Below, piece after piece: positions 54,401 to 63,192 of a DNA stretch of 64,000 nt. Below the pieces are notes generated by a model. The model saw only the letters and a list, made by a program, of their open reading frames with translations. It searched no databases and was not told where the DNA came from. Source of the DNA: Ignavibacteria bacterium (GTDB lineage: Bacteria > Bacteroidota > Ignavibacteria > UBA10030 > SZUA-254). A program made the position numbers and the translations under genes. The stretch spans positions 31,376 to 95,375 of the forward strand of contig JANNFI010000080.1 in the NCBI GenBank assembly GCA_031379665.1. Direction: 5' to 3'. Numbering within the stretch: the stretch's first letter is position 1; the number at the start of each line of letters is the position of its first letter.

Positions 54401-54536
54401 CAGCCCCCCAGATTTCGATGGCGTATTCGGAGACGGGCTTGCCGGGATCGAGCGTGGCGAGGCACTTCTCCCCCCGGGGGAGGAGGAAGAACGTCAGGAG
54501 GAGCAGGTAATATGGACAGCGAAACCGGCGGACCAT
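51498..54536 (-). CDS. sensor histidine kinase with periplasmic two-component-regulator propeller repeats, a Y_Y_Y domain, and LytS-type His_kinase + HATPase
   Basis: Repeated G.LW(I/V)GT..GL propeller units; IRFRYILEGFDDQWIDA (Y_Y_Y); a TM segment; NPHFIFNALNAV (PF06580-type H-box); ENAIWHG...DNGIG. Its TGA abuts the regulator ATG (TGAATG). Confidence 0.9.
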   Translation of the reverse strand: MVRRFRCPYYLLLLTFFLLPRGEKCLATLDPGKPVSEYAIEIWGAERGLDVFAIHSIIQSRDGFLWLGTDEGLVRFDGTQFIRFDRSNTPGMASDNITSVVQDDSGSLWMGTRGGGMLRYRDGTFTRYSGDDGLPGDSVNCLYIDDEGTLWIGLDQGNVCTMRDGIFRTFPGFPAAAGMGIHTIVREGRNLYASSATMLLAQRDGVDTVLVKGNASFVLRSLRRDSSGKIWIGASSGVYVLEGSALRRFETIPSGTSVAVPAIFDDSDGNLWIGTEGDGLYRYSRGRSSRLSLPDGLSSDRILSFCEDTEGNLWIGTRGGGLMRLRDNSISITTKEDGLSDEFVTTVLEGADSTLWIGTRDGGVNEMRNGVVVRSYAAIDGMPGNFIRALEEDRQGNIWVGTGTSLACLKKGNPGGRRSVVRFGAADGLPDFSVRALKVDRNGVLWVGSYGGGVLRMENGVFRSVDPDRRILPSENIRAIVEEADGTLWIGSQGGLSRYSGGAWETFTADGGLAPNIVFTLHPGDDGTLWIGTYSRGLYRYRNGEFRSIRKKDGLFDDVVYTILDDGLGYFWMTSNKGIFRVRKRDLDDFADVKIDRVVSQSYGVSDGMRSAECNGATQPAGWKGIDQTLHFPTVKGLASLKPGAMRANDTPPLVRIDLALADNDTLDISAGAVLGSGVRRLEIRYVGINFFAPEKIRFRYILEGFDDQWIDADTRRRVYYTNIPPGDYIFRVKASNSEGIWNETGASLAVRLPPQLHETWWFRISGALVLAAGVVVFVRRREAAIKADERKKQDIRAQMLELESRALRARMNPHFIFNALNAVQESILDGKTEAACAYLSKFARLLRMILDHSGRSVVTLDQDLELLRLYVEIESLRFDREFNPVFDVAEGLLGGNYMIPPMLLQPFVENAIWHGLARKEGERRLLVSASQSGDTILLTVEDNGIGRSRSAELKRGMPDAHESKGVGLTQERIGALNAMRAAKAQLAIIDLTDDRGAAAGTRVELSLPIGG

Positions 54537-54623
54537 AAGGGCACTCGGTGCAATATACGATATGGTGGGGTTATTCCACGAGGTGACGGGCCGGCCGGGA
54601 ACGGGTTCGTAGTATCAGACATC

Positions 54624-54654
54624 TTGAGTTTCGCGGAAGCCCGGCGTATATTGT
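54624..54654 (+). promoter_or_regulatory. candidate -33/-7 type promoter for the antiporter operon
   Basis: TTG (54624-54626), a 20-nt spacer, then TATATTGT (54647-54654). Confidence 0.3.
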
Positions 54655-54729
54655 CCACTACCGCTCATTGGCCCGATCCCGGACCCTGGCCGGTCGACCA
54701 CTCACCCCCTGCAACCGGAGGTATTCGAT

Positions 54730-54972
54730 TTGCACCAGAACAAAAAACTCATCATCATCGCGACGGCCGAGCAGCATGAGGGCATCCGCAACCAGTACAC
54801 CGAAACGGTCAAGGAGGACCTGGATCTCCTCGTGACGAAGGCCGCCCTGATCCGTTCGATCCGGTCGTACACCGTCCCCGAAGAGGCGCGCGTGTTCCTC
54901 ACCGACGTGAACACCAAGGCTGAACCGAAGGACGGCCTCGTTCAAATGGAACTCCTGCTTCAGGCGAGGTAG
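54730..54972 (+). CDS. hypothetical 80-aa protein
   Basis: TTG start. It ends 7 nt before the antiporter ATG and lies downstream of the promoter-like boxes. No motif recognised. Confidence 0.35.
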   Translation: MHQNKKLIIIATAEQHEGIRNQYTETVKEDLDLLVTKAALIRSIRSYTVPEEARVFLTDVNTKAEPKDGLVQMELLLQAR

Positions 54973-54979
54973 GCCCCCG

Positions 54980-56272
54980 ATGCACTCCGACTCGGTCGCC
55001 CCGCTGCTGCTGGGCCTCATCCTGATTCTTTCCACGGCCAAACTCGGCGGCGCGCTCTTCGACCGGTTCGGCCAACCGGCGGTGCTCGGTGAATTGATCG
55101 GCGGCGTGATACTCGGTAATCTTGTCCTTTTCAATCCTGAGTGGATTTTCTTCGAACCCCTGAGGGTCACCGAACTGACGGAACACTGGGCCGTCGCGGT
55201 CGACGCTCTCGCCCGTATCGGGGTCATCATCCTGTTGTTCGAGGTCGGGCTGGAATCGACCGTGCGTGGAATGATGAAAGTCGGAGTCTCGTCGCTCCTC
55301 GTCGCATCCCTCGGCATCGTCGCGCCGTTCATCCTCGGCTTCGGGGCCAGCTGGCTGTTCATCACGGAACTACCGGCGCAACTCGCCGCGGTCGTTCCCC
55401 CTGATTTCAGCCTCAACTACGTCCATATGTTCATCGGCGCGGTGCTCTGCGCCACGAGCGTGGGGATCACCGCGCGCGTCCTCAAGGATATCGGGAAACT
55501 GAAATCGAAGGAGGGACAGATCATCGTCGGGGCGGCTGTCATCGACGACGTCCTCGGCCTGGTCGTCCTGGCCGTCATCTCAGGCATCATCGCGGGGGCC
55601 GAAGCGGGCCAGCCGCCCGACATATGGGGCCTTGCGCGGCTGGTCGGAGTGGCAGTCTTGTTTCTGGGCGGCTCGCTCGCTGTGGGCCTGTTCATCGTCC
55701 CAAGAATCATGGCTCAACTCTCGAGGGTGCGCGTCTCCGGGATGATGCTCGTGTCGGCGTTGCTGTTCGCCTTCACATTCTCGTATCTTGCGGATGCGGC
55801 GGGCCTCGCGACCATCGTCGGGGCCTTCGCCGCGGGCCTGATCCTGGAGGAGGTCCACTTCCGCGGCTTCCGCGAGGATGTTTCGGTGATGAAGATCCTG
55901 GAACCGGTCTCCGCCTTTCTCGTGCCGATCTTTTTCGTTCTGATGGGGATTCAGGTGCGGCTGGAAACGTTCGCCGAACTCGAGATCCTCGGCGTAGCCG
56001 CCTGCCTCACTGCGGCAGCGATCGTCGGCAAACAGGTGTGTGGCCTGGGGGTGCTGGAAAAAGGCCTGGATCGGTTGACGGTGGGCGTCGGAATGATCCC
56101 GCGGGGCGAGGTGGGCCTGATCTTCGCAGCGATCGGGAAAACGCTGAAAGTCATCGACGACGCTACGTTTTCCGCCATCGTGATCATGGTGATCGTCACG
56201 ACCGTGATCACCCCTCCGTTGCTGAAGGTCACGATCGCGCGATGGGAACGAGGAAAGGGGGCGCGGACGTGA
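54980..56272 (+). CDS. cation:proton antiporter (CPA/Na_H_exchanger family)
   Basis: About 12 TM segments. N-terminus LLLGLILILSTAKLGGALFDRFGQPAVLGELIGGVILG is typical of Kef/NhaP-type exchangers. Confidence 0.85.
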   Translation: MHSDSVAPLLLGLILILSTAKLGGALFDRFGQPAVLGELIGGVILGNLVLFNPEWIFFEPLRVTELTEHWAVAVDALARIGVIILLFEVGLESTVRGMMKVGVSSLLVASLGIVAPFILGFGASWLFITELPAQLAAVVPPDFSLNYVHMFIGAVLCATSVGITARVLKDIGKLKSKEGQIIVGAAVIDDVLGLVVLAVISGIIAGAEAGQPPDIWGLARLVGVAVLFLGGSLAVGLFIVPRIMAQLSRVRVSGMMLVSALLFAFTFSYLADAAGLATIVGAFAAGLILEEVHFRGFREDVSVMKILEPVSAFLVPIFFVLMGIQVRLETFAELEILGVAACLTAAAIVGKQVCGLGVLEKGLDRLTVGVGMIPRGEVGLIFAAIGKTLKVIDDATFSAIVIMVIVTTVITPPLLKVTIARWERGKGART

Positions 56273-56496
56273 GCCGCGCGTTCACGAAGGAAAGTGATGA
56301 CCAGTGGCTGAGCGATGTCGCCCCCACCATAAATGCCCTGCTACTTCATCTTACGCGGGAGAATAACGATATCGTGGTCATCGTGGAAAAACGGACCATC
56401 GACCCGGACGGGCGCGAGATCCACCATATGACCAACGGCCTCGCCTACGTCAAGGACACCGCCGGGCGCTGGAGCGTGGCGCCGGAGGCGGGCTGA
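56269..56496 (+). CDS. hypothetical 75-aa protein, translationally coupled to the antiporter
   Basis: GTG 56269-56271 overlaps the antiporter TGA (GTGA). N-terminus SRAFTKESDDQW resembles the conserved N-terminal tag of small GreA/Rnk-like or uncharacterised proteins. Coding-like composition. Confidence 0.4.
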   Translation: MSRAFTKESDDQWLSDVAPTINALLLHLTRENNDIVVIVEKRTIDPDGREIHHMTNGLAYVKDTAGRWSVAPEAG

Positions 56497-56509
56497 AACG
56501 ACGGCCGCC

Positions 56510-59500
56510 CTACTTCAGGAATATCATTTTCCTGACCTGAGTGAACCTGGTCCGGCCGTCTGCGACGCCGACGGCGTCGATCCGGTAGAAGTACATACCG
56601 CTTGAGAGGGAGTTCCCGCTTCTGTTAATGCCCCCCCACGTCGCGCGATGATATCCCGCCTCGACGATTCCATCGGCGAGCGTAATGACCTCCCGCACCA
56701 GCACGTCGTAGATCCTAAGCGTGACCCTGCTCGCGACCGGGAGTTCGAACGCGATCGTGGTCGTCGGGTTGAACGGGTTCGGATAGTTCTGCTTGAGCAC
56801 GAACGTGGCGGGTATCCCGCTATCTTCCTCGCCGACCCCGGTGACGGTCCCGTTTCCGCTGAGCGAGATAGCCAGCGCGGGTCCGGCGGCATTCGTGAAG
56901 ATTTCGAGGGTATCCAGGTACGTCCCCAGCGTGTCGGGTGCAAAGACGATAGCCACCTCCAGCGTGTCGCCGGCGCGGAGCTGTGTGATGTCGGTGAAAT
57001 ACACCGGTGAATAATTCGGGGTACGTGTGCGGATCGAATCGATCCGGAGGATGTCCCCGGCCGTGTTCGTCAGCGTGAACGAAACTGAATCCGCAGACCC
57101 GACACCGACATCCCCCACCGCGAGGGTGTTCGTGCTCAGGCTCGGGGCCGGCGGCGAGGCCGTGTCGATGGGATACCCGATGAGGACCACCGCCGAATCG
57201 GTGAGCCCGCTCGCGGAATCACTCACCTGGACGATATACACCCCAGTGTCAGGCCCTGCAACATAAACCCCCTCGGACGTGATCGTCCCTCCCGTTCCGT
57301 TCCAGACCGGCACGAACGGTATCTCCCTCCCGGCCTGATCGAACGCCACCGCGATGAGCCGGAGCGAATCGCCGGGGTAGGCGGTGAGCGTGTCGATCGG
57401 GATCGTCACTTCAGTGATTGCGGGTTCATACACGACGAAATAGAGCGTGTCGGCGTACGCGGCTCCCGGCGTGCTGATCGAGGAGGCCGAGACGATCGCG
57501 CGCGAAACCGTTCCCGCGGCCGCGAGCGGTATAGAATAACTGACGTTCATCGTCGCCGCGGTCGAGTCGCTCAGGACCACCGTCTGAGAATCGACCGGCG
57601 TTACCCATCCCCCCGCATCGGAAATGCTCACGGAGATCGAGTCTCCGGGGTTCGCCCAGTTGGCCACCGCAACGACCATCGAATCCACCTCGCCGGCGGA
57701 TACGAAGAACGAATCGAGCGAGTTGCCTCCGTAGACCGACACGGCCGACGCCAGCCAGCTGGCCGCCTGGACTGTGCCCGACGTCTGCCCTCCCGGACCC
57801 GCCGCGCTCCCCCACCAATTACCCTCCGCCTCGAGCGTTCCGGCTCCAGTGTTGTTGACCCCGAACCCCGTGTTCCCGAAAATATTGGATGCGCCGACGC
57901 GGAATGGGAGGAGTGTATCGAGGCCGATCCCGTCCCCGGTGTTCGCGTCGATCGAACTGCCCTCGATGTACGAACTCGAAGGCGCTTCAAGCCCGGTGGT
58001 GAGGATCCAGCCCCCGGGGGATGTCACGAACGCCGGCGGCGGCAAGACCTTCCCCGACACGCCACCGAGCCCGTTCTGGCAGACCTGCGTGCCGCTGATT
58101 CGGACGACCGGAGAGAGGATCCCGTATCCGACGTTCTCGCAAACCCTCCCCCCCGTGATCGATACGTAGCGCTCAGACGCCAGGCCGGAGCCGCCGTTTC
58201 CCGTAATGATACCCCGTCCCTTGACGTGGATGCCCGAGAGGCCCACAATCCCGTGCCGCGCATTGTTGCGGACCGAGGCGTCCTGAATTTCAACCCACTG
58301 TCCGATTATTCCTTCCCCTCCATCCTCCTCGACGATATCCGGGTCAGCGCCGTTGCCGTCGGCAACGAGGCGCCCCGTTACCCGGACCGTGCCGTTGTTC
58401 ACCGAGAGTCCGGAGCCGCCGTTCCCGGAGATCTCGTGGAGCGTGCCGTGGATGGCGAGCTCATTCATCGCGAAAACACCCCGGCCCGCATTGCGGCGGA
58501 TCACGGCATTTCCGTGAATCGTCAGTTTCTTCCACGCCGTCAGGCCGGACATCGCATTGTCCTCGATGACGACGTCCTCGCCGGTGAAATTACCGTACGC
58601 GAGCACTGCTCCGACGACGGGATCAGAGATACCCGGGGCCTCATCGCCTCCGTGCCACCCGCCGAGTTTATTTCCCCGCGCGGTGAGTCTTCCTTTCACG
58701 TCGATCGATCCGTTCGCCGCCCACATCCCCTGGTCGAGGTTGTTTTCGAGCAGGTGATTGGTTCCGTCGAGATTGATATTGTAGATCGCCCAGATTCCCC
58801 GGCCCAGATGGTTTTTGACGGTGACATCTCCCTCCACGAAGAGCGATCCGCCCGTCTTGATGCCGTCGTATCCGTTATTGATCGCCTCGATGGAGTTGAT
58901 GTGGATGTCGTCGCTCTCGGCGATCAGTCCGGTGAGGATGTTATTGAACCTCCTCACTTCGCTGACGCCGGCGCCGTTGTTGTTGACCTGGGCTTTCCCC
59001 TTCAGCGTGATGGGTCCGATGCCCGACCAGATTCCGTGACCAGAATTTCCGTTCGCTCGGATCACCGGCGATCCCCCCGTGTCGGTTGCTTCAATGTACA
59101 GCTGGCCGGAGGAGAGATGGATTCCGGCGCCGGGGTTCGTGGGGGTGCCGTTCGACAGGAACTGGAATTCTTTCCCCCGGAGCGTGACATCGCCGTCCGC
59201 GAAGAGGCCATCGGTGCTGTTGCCGTCTGCATTGAGGGTGCCCTCGATGGTGAGGCTCCCGTCGCCGGTCTCTGAAATCACCTCGAGCCGGATCCCGTTT
59301 CCACAATTTCCGTTGGCGGAAACCTCCCCGGAACCGGTCAGGAACCCACCGACCCAGAGACCCGCCCAGTTCGTGGAGGCACAGGGAATCGAGCTCCGGT
59401 CGGGGGATGGGCCGTTGCTGCTGAAGATGGACGTGCCCGAAAGTGCGACGTCTCCCCACGCGCGGACTCCCGCCCCCTTGTTGGCGATTGCGGAGACGTC

Positions 59501-62182
59501 GGTGAGGGAGAGACGGTCGCCGGTCATCTGCACACCGTCGGCCGTGAACGCCGATATGTAGAGCGCGCGCAGTTCCGACCGGTCGCCATAGAGCACCAGG
59601 CCATCCACCAACGGTCCGGCCGAGGCCCCCGACACCCGGATCGGCGGGACCTCACCGGCCGCGTAACCCGGTTGGGTCGTCGCGTCGATCAGGATGTCTT
59701 CGAATATTTGCTGGAATGGCGAGGCCGGTTGGATGAAGTGCGGCGTCGGTCCGGGGATGTTGAAGTAAATCTCGTCACCCCCGAGGACGTGGTTGGAGGC
59801 CTGGATCGCAGAGCGGAGCGTCACCTCCGGCACACCGTTCACCTGCGGTCCCGAGGTCGAGGCCGTCCCGCCGGTCGGGTTTGTGGCCGCCCTGTCCGCG
59901 GAAGAATTCACGATGAACGGAGACTTTGAGAACTCCGATGTGCCGTAGACAGCGTGCGTCGCCGTGGCGCTCACCCGGTCGAATGTGCCGGGGATCGTAA
60001 ACTCGAAATTCGCCAGGCCACCGGTGTCGGTGTGGACGTCGATGGTGTATTGAAACGACTGTCCTTCCCCGAACCCGGTCGTGTCGGCCTCGTCGCTCGT
60101 GTAAAACTCGAGCCTGAAATCGCTCCCCGGAAGGGACCTGAGCTCGCCCTTCACCGTCGTGGATCCGCCAGCCTGAGCGAGCCACGTGAGGCGGGGGAAA
60201 TTCTGCAGGAGGTGCGCGCCGCTGTCGGCGTCGGCCGAATCGTTGAGCGTGGGGCCGTCGTTGCCGAGGTCGATTCCCAATCCGCCGTTTTTATAGATGG
60301 AATTCCCGAGAATCTGCGTCCCCATTCCTGCCTTGACGACGAAGCCGCCGAGGCCGTTGAACGCGACGATATTGGCGCCGGAGGTATCGATACCTCCGAA
60401 CATGTTCGCCTGAGCGCTGTCGATCAGGACGCCGGCGCTGTCGTTGGGAAGCGGCGTCACCCCGTCGACCGCGGTTCCGATCCGGTTGGCACGAAACGTG
60501 GTCCTGTTCGCGCTCACCCCGGACGCCCTTCGCAGCCAGATCCCCTGCCGTTCATTCCCGGATATCACATTATCGAGGACAACATTGCTGTCGACGTAAC
60601 CGGTGAGAAGGATGCCGTGTTGGTTCGGGATTTTCGCCGTGCCGGCGATGTCGGTCCCGATCAGGTTACCCTGCACCAGATTCCCCCTGAAATACCTGGG
60701 ACCTCCGAACGAAGGTCCGCCGTATAATTCGACTCCCGCGCCGCCATTCCCCGAAATCAGGTTCCGGTCTTCAGGTGCGGGACCTCCCACGATGATGGTA
60801 TCCGCCACGATGAAGACGCCGGCCGCCGAATTCCCCCAGTCGAGCGTCCCGGAGGGATCGGTCCCGACGATGTTCCTCCGGACGAACGACCCGCCGTAGC
60901 CCGAAAACCGTATCCCGTAATTGCTGTTTCCGCTGACGATGTTGCTGTCGATGACGACGCCGGCCCCGATCACCTGGAGTCCGCCGTACCTGTTTCCGAA
61001 GGCGCTGTCGAGCGTGCCGTTCGGGCCGATGATATTGCCGTGGATGAACGTTCCGAACGCCTGACTCAGCACGGTGATGCCATAACCGTTGTCGGTGATG
61101 ACGTTGTTGAGGACGGAATCGCCGTCCCCGAAAATACTGATGCCGTCCCCGCCGTTGCCGAGGCGGGCGCGTCGCGATGAATCCGCGCCTACGATGTTGT
61201 CCTTCACCAGCGTGTTCACGGAATACTCGCCGATCTCCAGTCCCTCGCCCCCGTTGCCCGAGAGCACATTGTCCAGGACCCGCGCGCGCGCACCGAGCAC
61301 ATAGAGACCGGAGTTGTCATTCGGTGCGGCGGTGAGCCCGTCGCTCGTGCCGCAGAAGTTGTTGCGAATGGTGACATCGTCCGCGAAGACCACGTCGATG
61401 CCATCCTGCGTGTTGTCGTACGCGAGGTTCCTGTCCGCCGGGTCAGTTCCGCCGACGAGGGTGTTCGGCCCGTTGATGTTGAGGCCCACCCGGTTGAGGG
61501 TGAAGACGTTCCGTTGCACCACCGATCCGGCGGCCCCGGGCGCGAGAGCCAGTCCGAGCCCCCCCGTCCAGTTCCGGAACTCCATGTTCCGGACGGTCGA
61601 AGCGCCCCCGAGGAGCAGCCCCGCGCTGTTCGGCGGGGCCAGCGACCCGTCGATGATGATCTTCCCTGCTGCGACGCTCCCATCGATGGTCAGTGGCCTG
61701 TTGACGGAGGGAAAGGCGCTCGCAGGTTGAATGATGGTAAGGCCCGACGAAAACGTAATGGCATGCGATCCGGCGATGCTATTCGCGTTCTGGATCGCGG
61801 ACCTGAGCGTGGGCGGTGAATACGTCCCGTCGCTGAGGTCGGGATCAGGAGTGTCGCTAGCGTCGGAGACGACGAAGGTCGTCGCTGGCGAGAGGGGCCA
61901 GTCACCGACCGTCGTTATCGCCGCCGTCCTTTGGAGTCTCACCGCGGCGGGGAGTTCATCGTATGACGCGTAGGCGCCGTCGGGCTTGAGCGTGACGATG
62001 TAGATCCCATTCTGTTCGATGACGTCGAATCTGGAGCCCTCGGCTTCGGCTGGGCCATTGAGCGGCTGGGCGAAGAGCACCGTCGATTGCATCGCCAGCA
62101 CGAGCAATGCGATGGCCGGCGATCGGGGAACGAGATGCGAATATCTTCCAGAAGGGGGGATCGGGGGAATTGCTGATTTCAT
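56510..62182 (-). CDS. 1890-aa secreted right-handed parallel beta-helix repeat protein with Ig-like domains and a T9SS C-terminal sorting domain
   Basis: AGGAGG lies 6 nt upstream of ATG 62180-62182, and a signal peptide is present. Two TLRSAIQ(N/A)(A/S)N module starts (CSLREA-like), dozens of N.I.GN/G.G(I/L) beta-helix turns, and Big_2-like and ASH-like segments near the C-terminus. It ends LKQNYPNPFNPTTTIAFELPVASRVTLRIYD...GMYFYRIDA... Confidence 0.85.
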   Translation of the reverse strand: MKSAIPPIPPSGRYSHLVPRSPAIALLVLAMQSTVLFAQPLNGPAEAEGSRFDVIEQNGIYIVTLKPDGAYASYDELPAAVRLQRTAAITTVGDWPLSPATTFVVSDASDTPDPDLSDGTYSPPTLRSAIQNANSIAGSHAITFSSGLTIIQPASAFPSVNRPLTIDGSVAAGKIIIDGSLAPPNSAGLLLGGASTVRNMEFRNWTGGLGLALAPGAAGSVVQRNVFTLNRVGLNINGPNTLVGGTDPADRNLAYDNTQDGIDVVFADDVTIRNNFCGTSDGLTAAPNDNSGLYVLGARARVLDNVLSGNGGEGLEIGEYSVNTLVKDNIVGADSSRRARLGNGGDGISIFGDGDSVLNNVITDNGYGITVLSQAFGTFIHGNIIGPNGTLDSAFGNRYGGLQVIGAGVVIDSNIVSGNSNYGIRFSGYGGSFVRRNIVGTDPSGTLDWGNSAAGVFIVADTIIVGGPAPEDRNLISGNGGAGVELYGGPSFGGPRYFRGNLVQGNLIGTDIAGTAKIPNQHGILLTGYVDSNVVLDNVISGNERQGIWLRRASGVSANRTTFRANRIGTAVDGVTPLPNDSAGVLIDSAQANMFGGIDTSGANIVAFNGLGGFVVKAGMGTQILGNSIYKNGGLGIDLGNDGPTLNDSADADSGAHLLQNFPRLTWLAQAGGSTTVKGELRSLPGSDFRLEFYTSDEADTTGFGEGQSFQYTIDVHTDTGGLANFEFTIPGTFDRVSATATHAVYGTSEFSKSPFIVNSSADRAATNPTGGTASTSGPQVNGVPEVTLRSAIQASNHVLGGDEIYFNIPGPTPHFIQPASPFQQIFEDILIDATTQPGYAAGEVPPIRVSGASAGPLVDGLVLYGDRSELRALYISAFTADGVQMTGDRLSLTDVSAIANKGAGVRAWGDVALSGTSIFSSNGPSPDRSSIPCASTNWAGLWVGGFLTGSGEVSANGNCGNGIRLEVISETGDGSLTIEGTLNADGNSTDGLFADGDVTLRGKEFQFLSNGTPTNPGAGIHLSSGQLYIEATDTGGSPVIRANGNSGHGIWSGIGPITLKGKAQVNNNGAGVSEVRRFNNILTGLIAESDDIHINSIEAINNGYDGIKTGGSLFVEGDVTVKNHLGRGIWAIYNINLDGTNHLLENNLDQGMWAANGSIDVKGRLTARGNKLGGWHGGDEAPGISDPVVGAVLAYGNFTGEDVVIEDNAMSGLTAWKKLTIHGNAVIRRNAGRGVFAMNELAIHGTLHEISGNGGSGLSVNNGTVRVTGRLVADGNGADPDIVEEDGGEGIIGQWVEIQDASVRNNARHGIVGLSGIHVKGRGIITGNGGSGLASERYVSITGGRVCENVGYGILSPVVRISGTQVCQNGLGGVSGKVLPPPAFVTSPGGWILTTGLEAPSSSYIEGSSIDANTGDGIGLDTLLPFRVGASNIFGNTGFGVNNTGAGTLEAEGNWWGSAAGPGGQTSGTVQAASWLASAVSVYGGNSLDSFFVSAGEVDSMVVAVANWANPGDSISVSISDAGGWVTPVDSQTVVLSDSTAATMNVSYSIPLAAAGTVSRAIVSASSISTPGAAYADTLYFVVYEPAITEVTIPIDTLTAYPGDSLRLIAVAFDQAGREIPFVPVWNGTGGTITSEGVYVAGPDTGVYIVQVSDSASGLTDSAVVLIGYPIDTASPPAPSLSTNTLAVGDVGVGSADSVSFTLTNTAGDILRIDSIRTRTPNYSPVYFTDITQLRAGDTLEVAIVFAPDTLGTYLDTLEIFTNAAGPALAISLSGNGTVTGVGEEDSGIPATFVLKQNYPNPFNPTTTIAFELPVASRVTLRIYDVLVREVITLADGIVEAGYHRATWGGINRSGNSLSSGMYFYRIDAVGVADGRTRFTQVRKMIFLK

Positions 62183-62343
62183 ATTAACCTCCTGATGAAA
62201 TCGTTAGAGCGGGAAACTATCCCCAGGTACGCGATGCGGCGGGGACGGGTCAACCGCCACGGGGGTTGGATATTCAATCAGGTACGAAGTCAAGGGCGGA
62301 TGCCTCCCGCGAATTGTCCTGTAAAATAGGACCACCCGTCTTA

Positions 62344-63192
62344 TTATTTCACCAGAACGAGCTTCCGCGTCTCCGTAAACTCACCGGCCTGAAGCTTGTA
62401 GAAATACACGCCGCCGGGTTGGGCGGAGCCGTCCCACTGACGGGAATGATTACCCGGGAGCAGTTCTTCGGAGACGAGGCTCCCAACCTCCCTCCCGAGG
62501 ACGTCGAACACCTTCAGGGATACGAACGTAGCCGCAGGGATCGTAAACGAAATGCTCGTCGACGGGTTGAAGGGGTTCGGATAATTCTGTCCGAGGGCAA
62601 ATCGTTCCGGTGACTGACCGGGTTCGTCCACGGCAGTGATGCCGCTGAACGACAGGTCGTCAACGATGAAATAGGATCCGACATCGGTCGATCCGCCGGC
62701 CGTGTCCGAGATCGAGAACTGGATGTAGGCGGTGTCAGGGTCACCCGCGGCACCGTATCCGATCGGGACATCGAACTGTACGTAACTTGCCTGGTTCACC
62801 GGGGATACGAATGCGCCGGCACCGATGATCGAGCCCGCCTGGAGCATCCCCACGTACACGAGGAACACATCTCCCGCCCCCGCCCCGTTGAACTGGTAGT
62901 AGCCCGACAACGTGGCGTGTCGCTGTGAAACCGGGAACCCGAGGCCGTCATCACCGGCGGCAAGAAGGGGGGGAAAGGCAAAGCCCGAGAAGGAGACGAC
63001 GTTTCCCCTGGCAGCCCACGAACCACCGTGGGCGACGCTGCTCTGTTCGAGCGAACCCGGAATTGCCGCGGTGAGACTGTACCAACCGACCGGGTTCCCG
63101 GCAGACCAGGATTCGAACCCGGCGGTCGGGATCTGCGCATGTACGATGGTCGAAGTGAAAAGTACAACGAAAAGTAGTATCGCTCGGTTCAT
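62344..63192 (-). CDS. secreted T9SS cargo protein, unknown function
   Basis: Signal peptide MNRAILLFVVLFTSTIVHAQ and C-terminal LGQNYPNPFNPSTSISFTIPAATFVSLKVFDVLGREV...GVYFYKLQAGEFTETRKLVLVK. Confidence 0.8.
   Translation of the reverse strand: MNRAILLFVVLFTSTIVHAQIPTAGFESWSAGNPVGWYSLTAAIPGSLEQSSVAHGGSWAARGNVVSFSGFAFPPLLAAGDDGLGFPVSQRHATLSGYYQFNGAGAGDVFLVYVGMLQAGSIIGAGAFVSPVNQASYVQFDVPIGYGAAGDPDTAYIQFSISDTAGGSTDVGSYFIVDDLSFSGITAVDEPGQSPERFALGQNYPNPFNPSTSISFTIPAATFVSLKVFDVLGREVGSLVSEELLPGNHSRQWDGSAQPGGVYFYKLQAGEFTETRKLVLVK

Noticed and set aside
63106-63122. tRNA T-arm-like string (minus strand GGGTTCGAATCCTGG)
   Set aside because: No complementary acceptor 5' strand or D/anticodon arms are found at the required distance. 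The string simply encodes GFESW inside the T9SS cargo gene 62344-63192.
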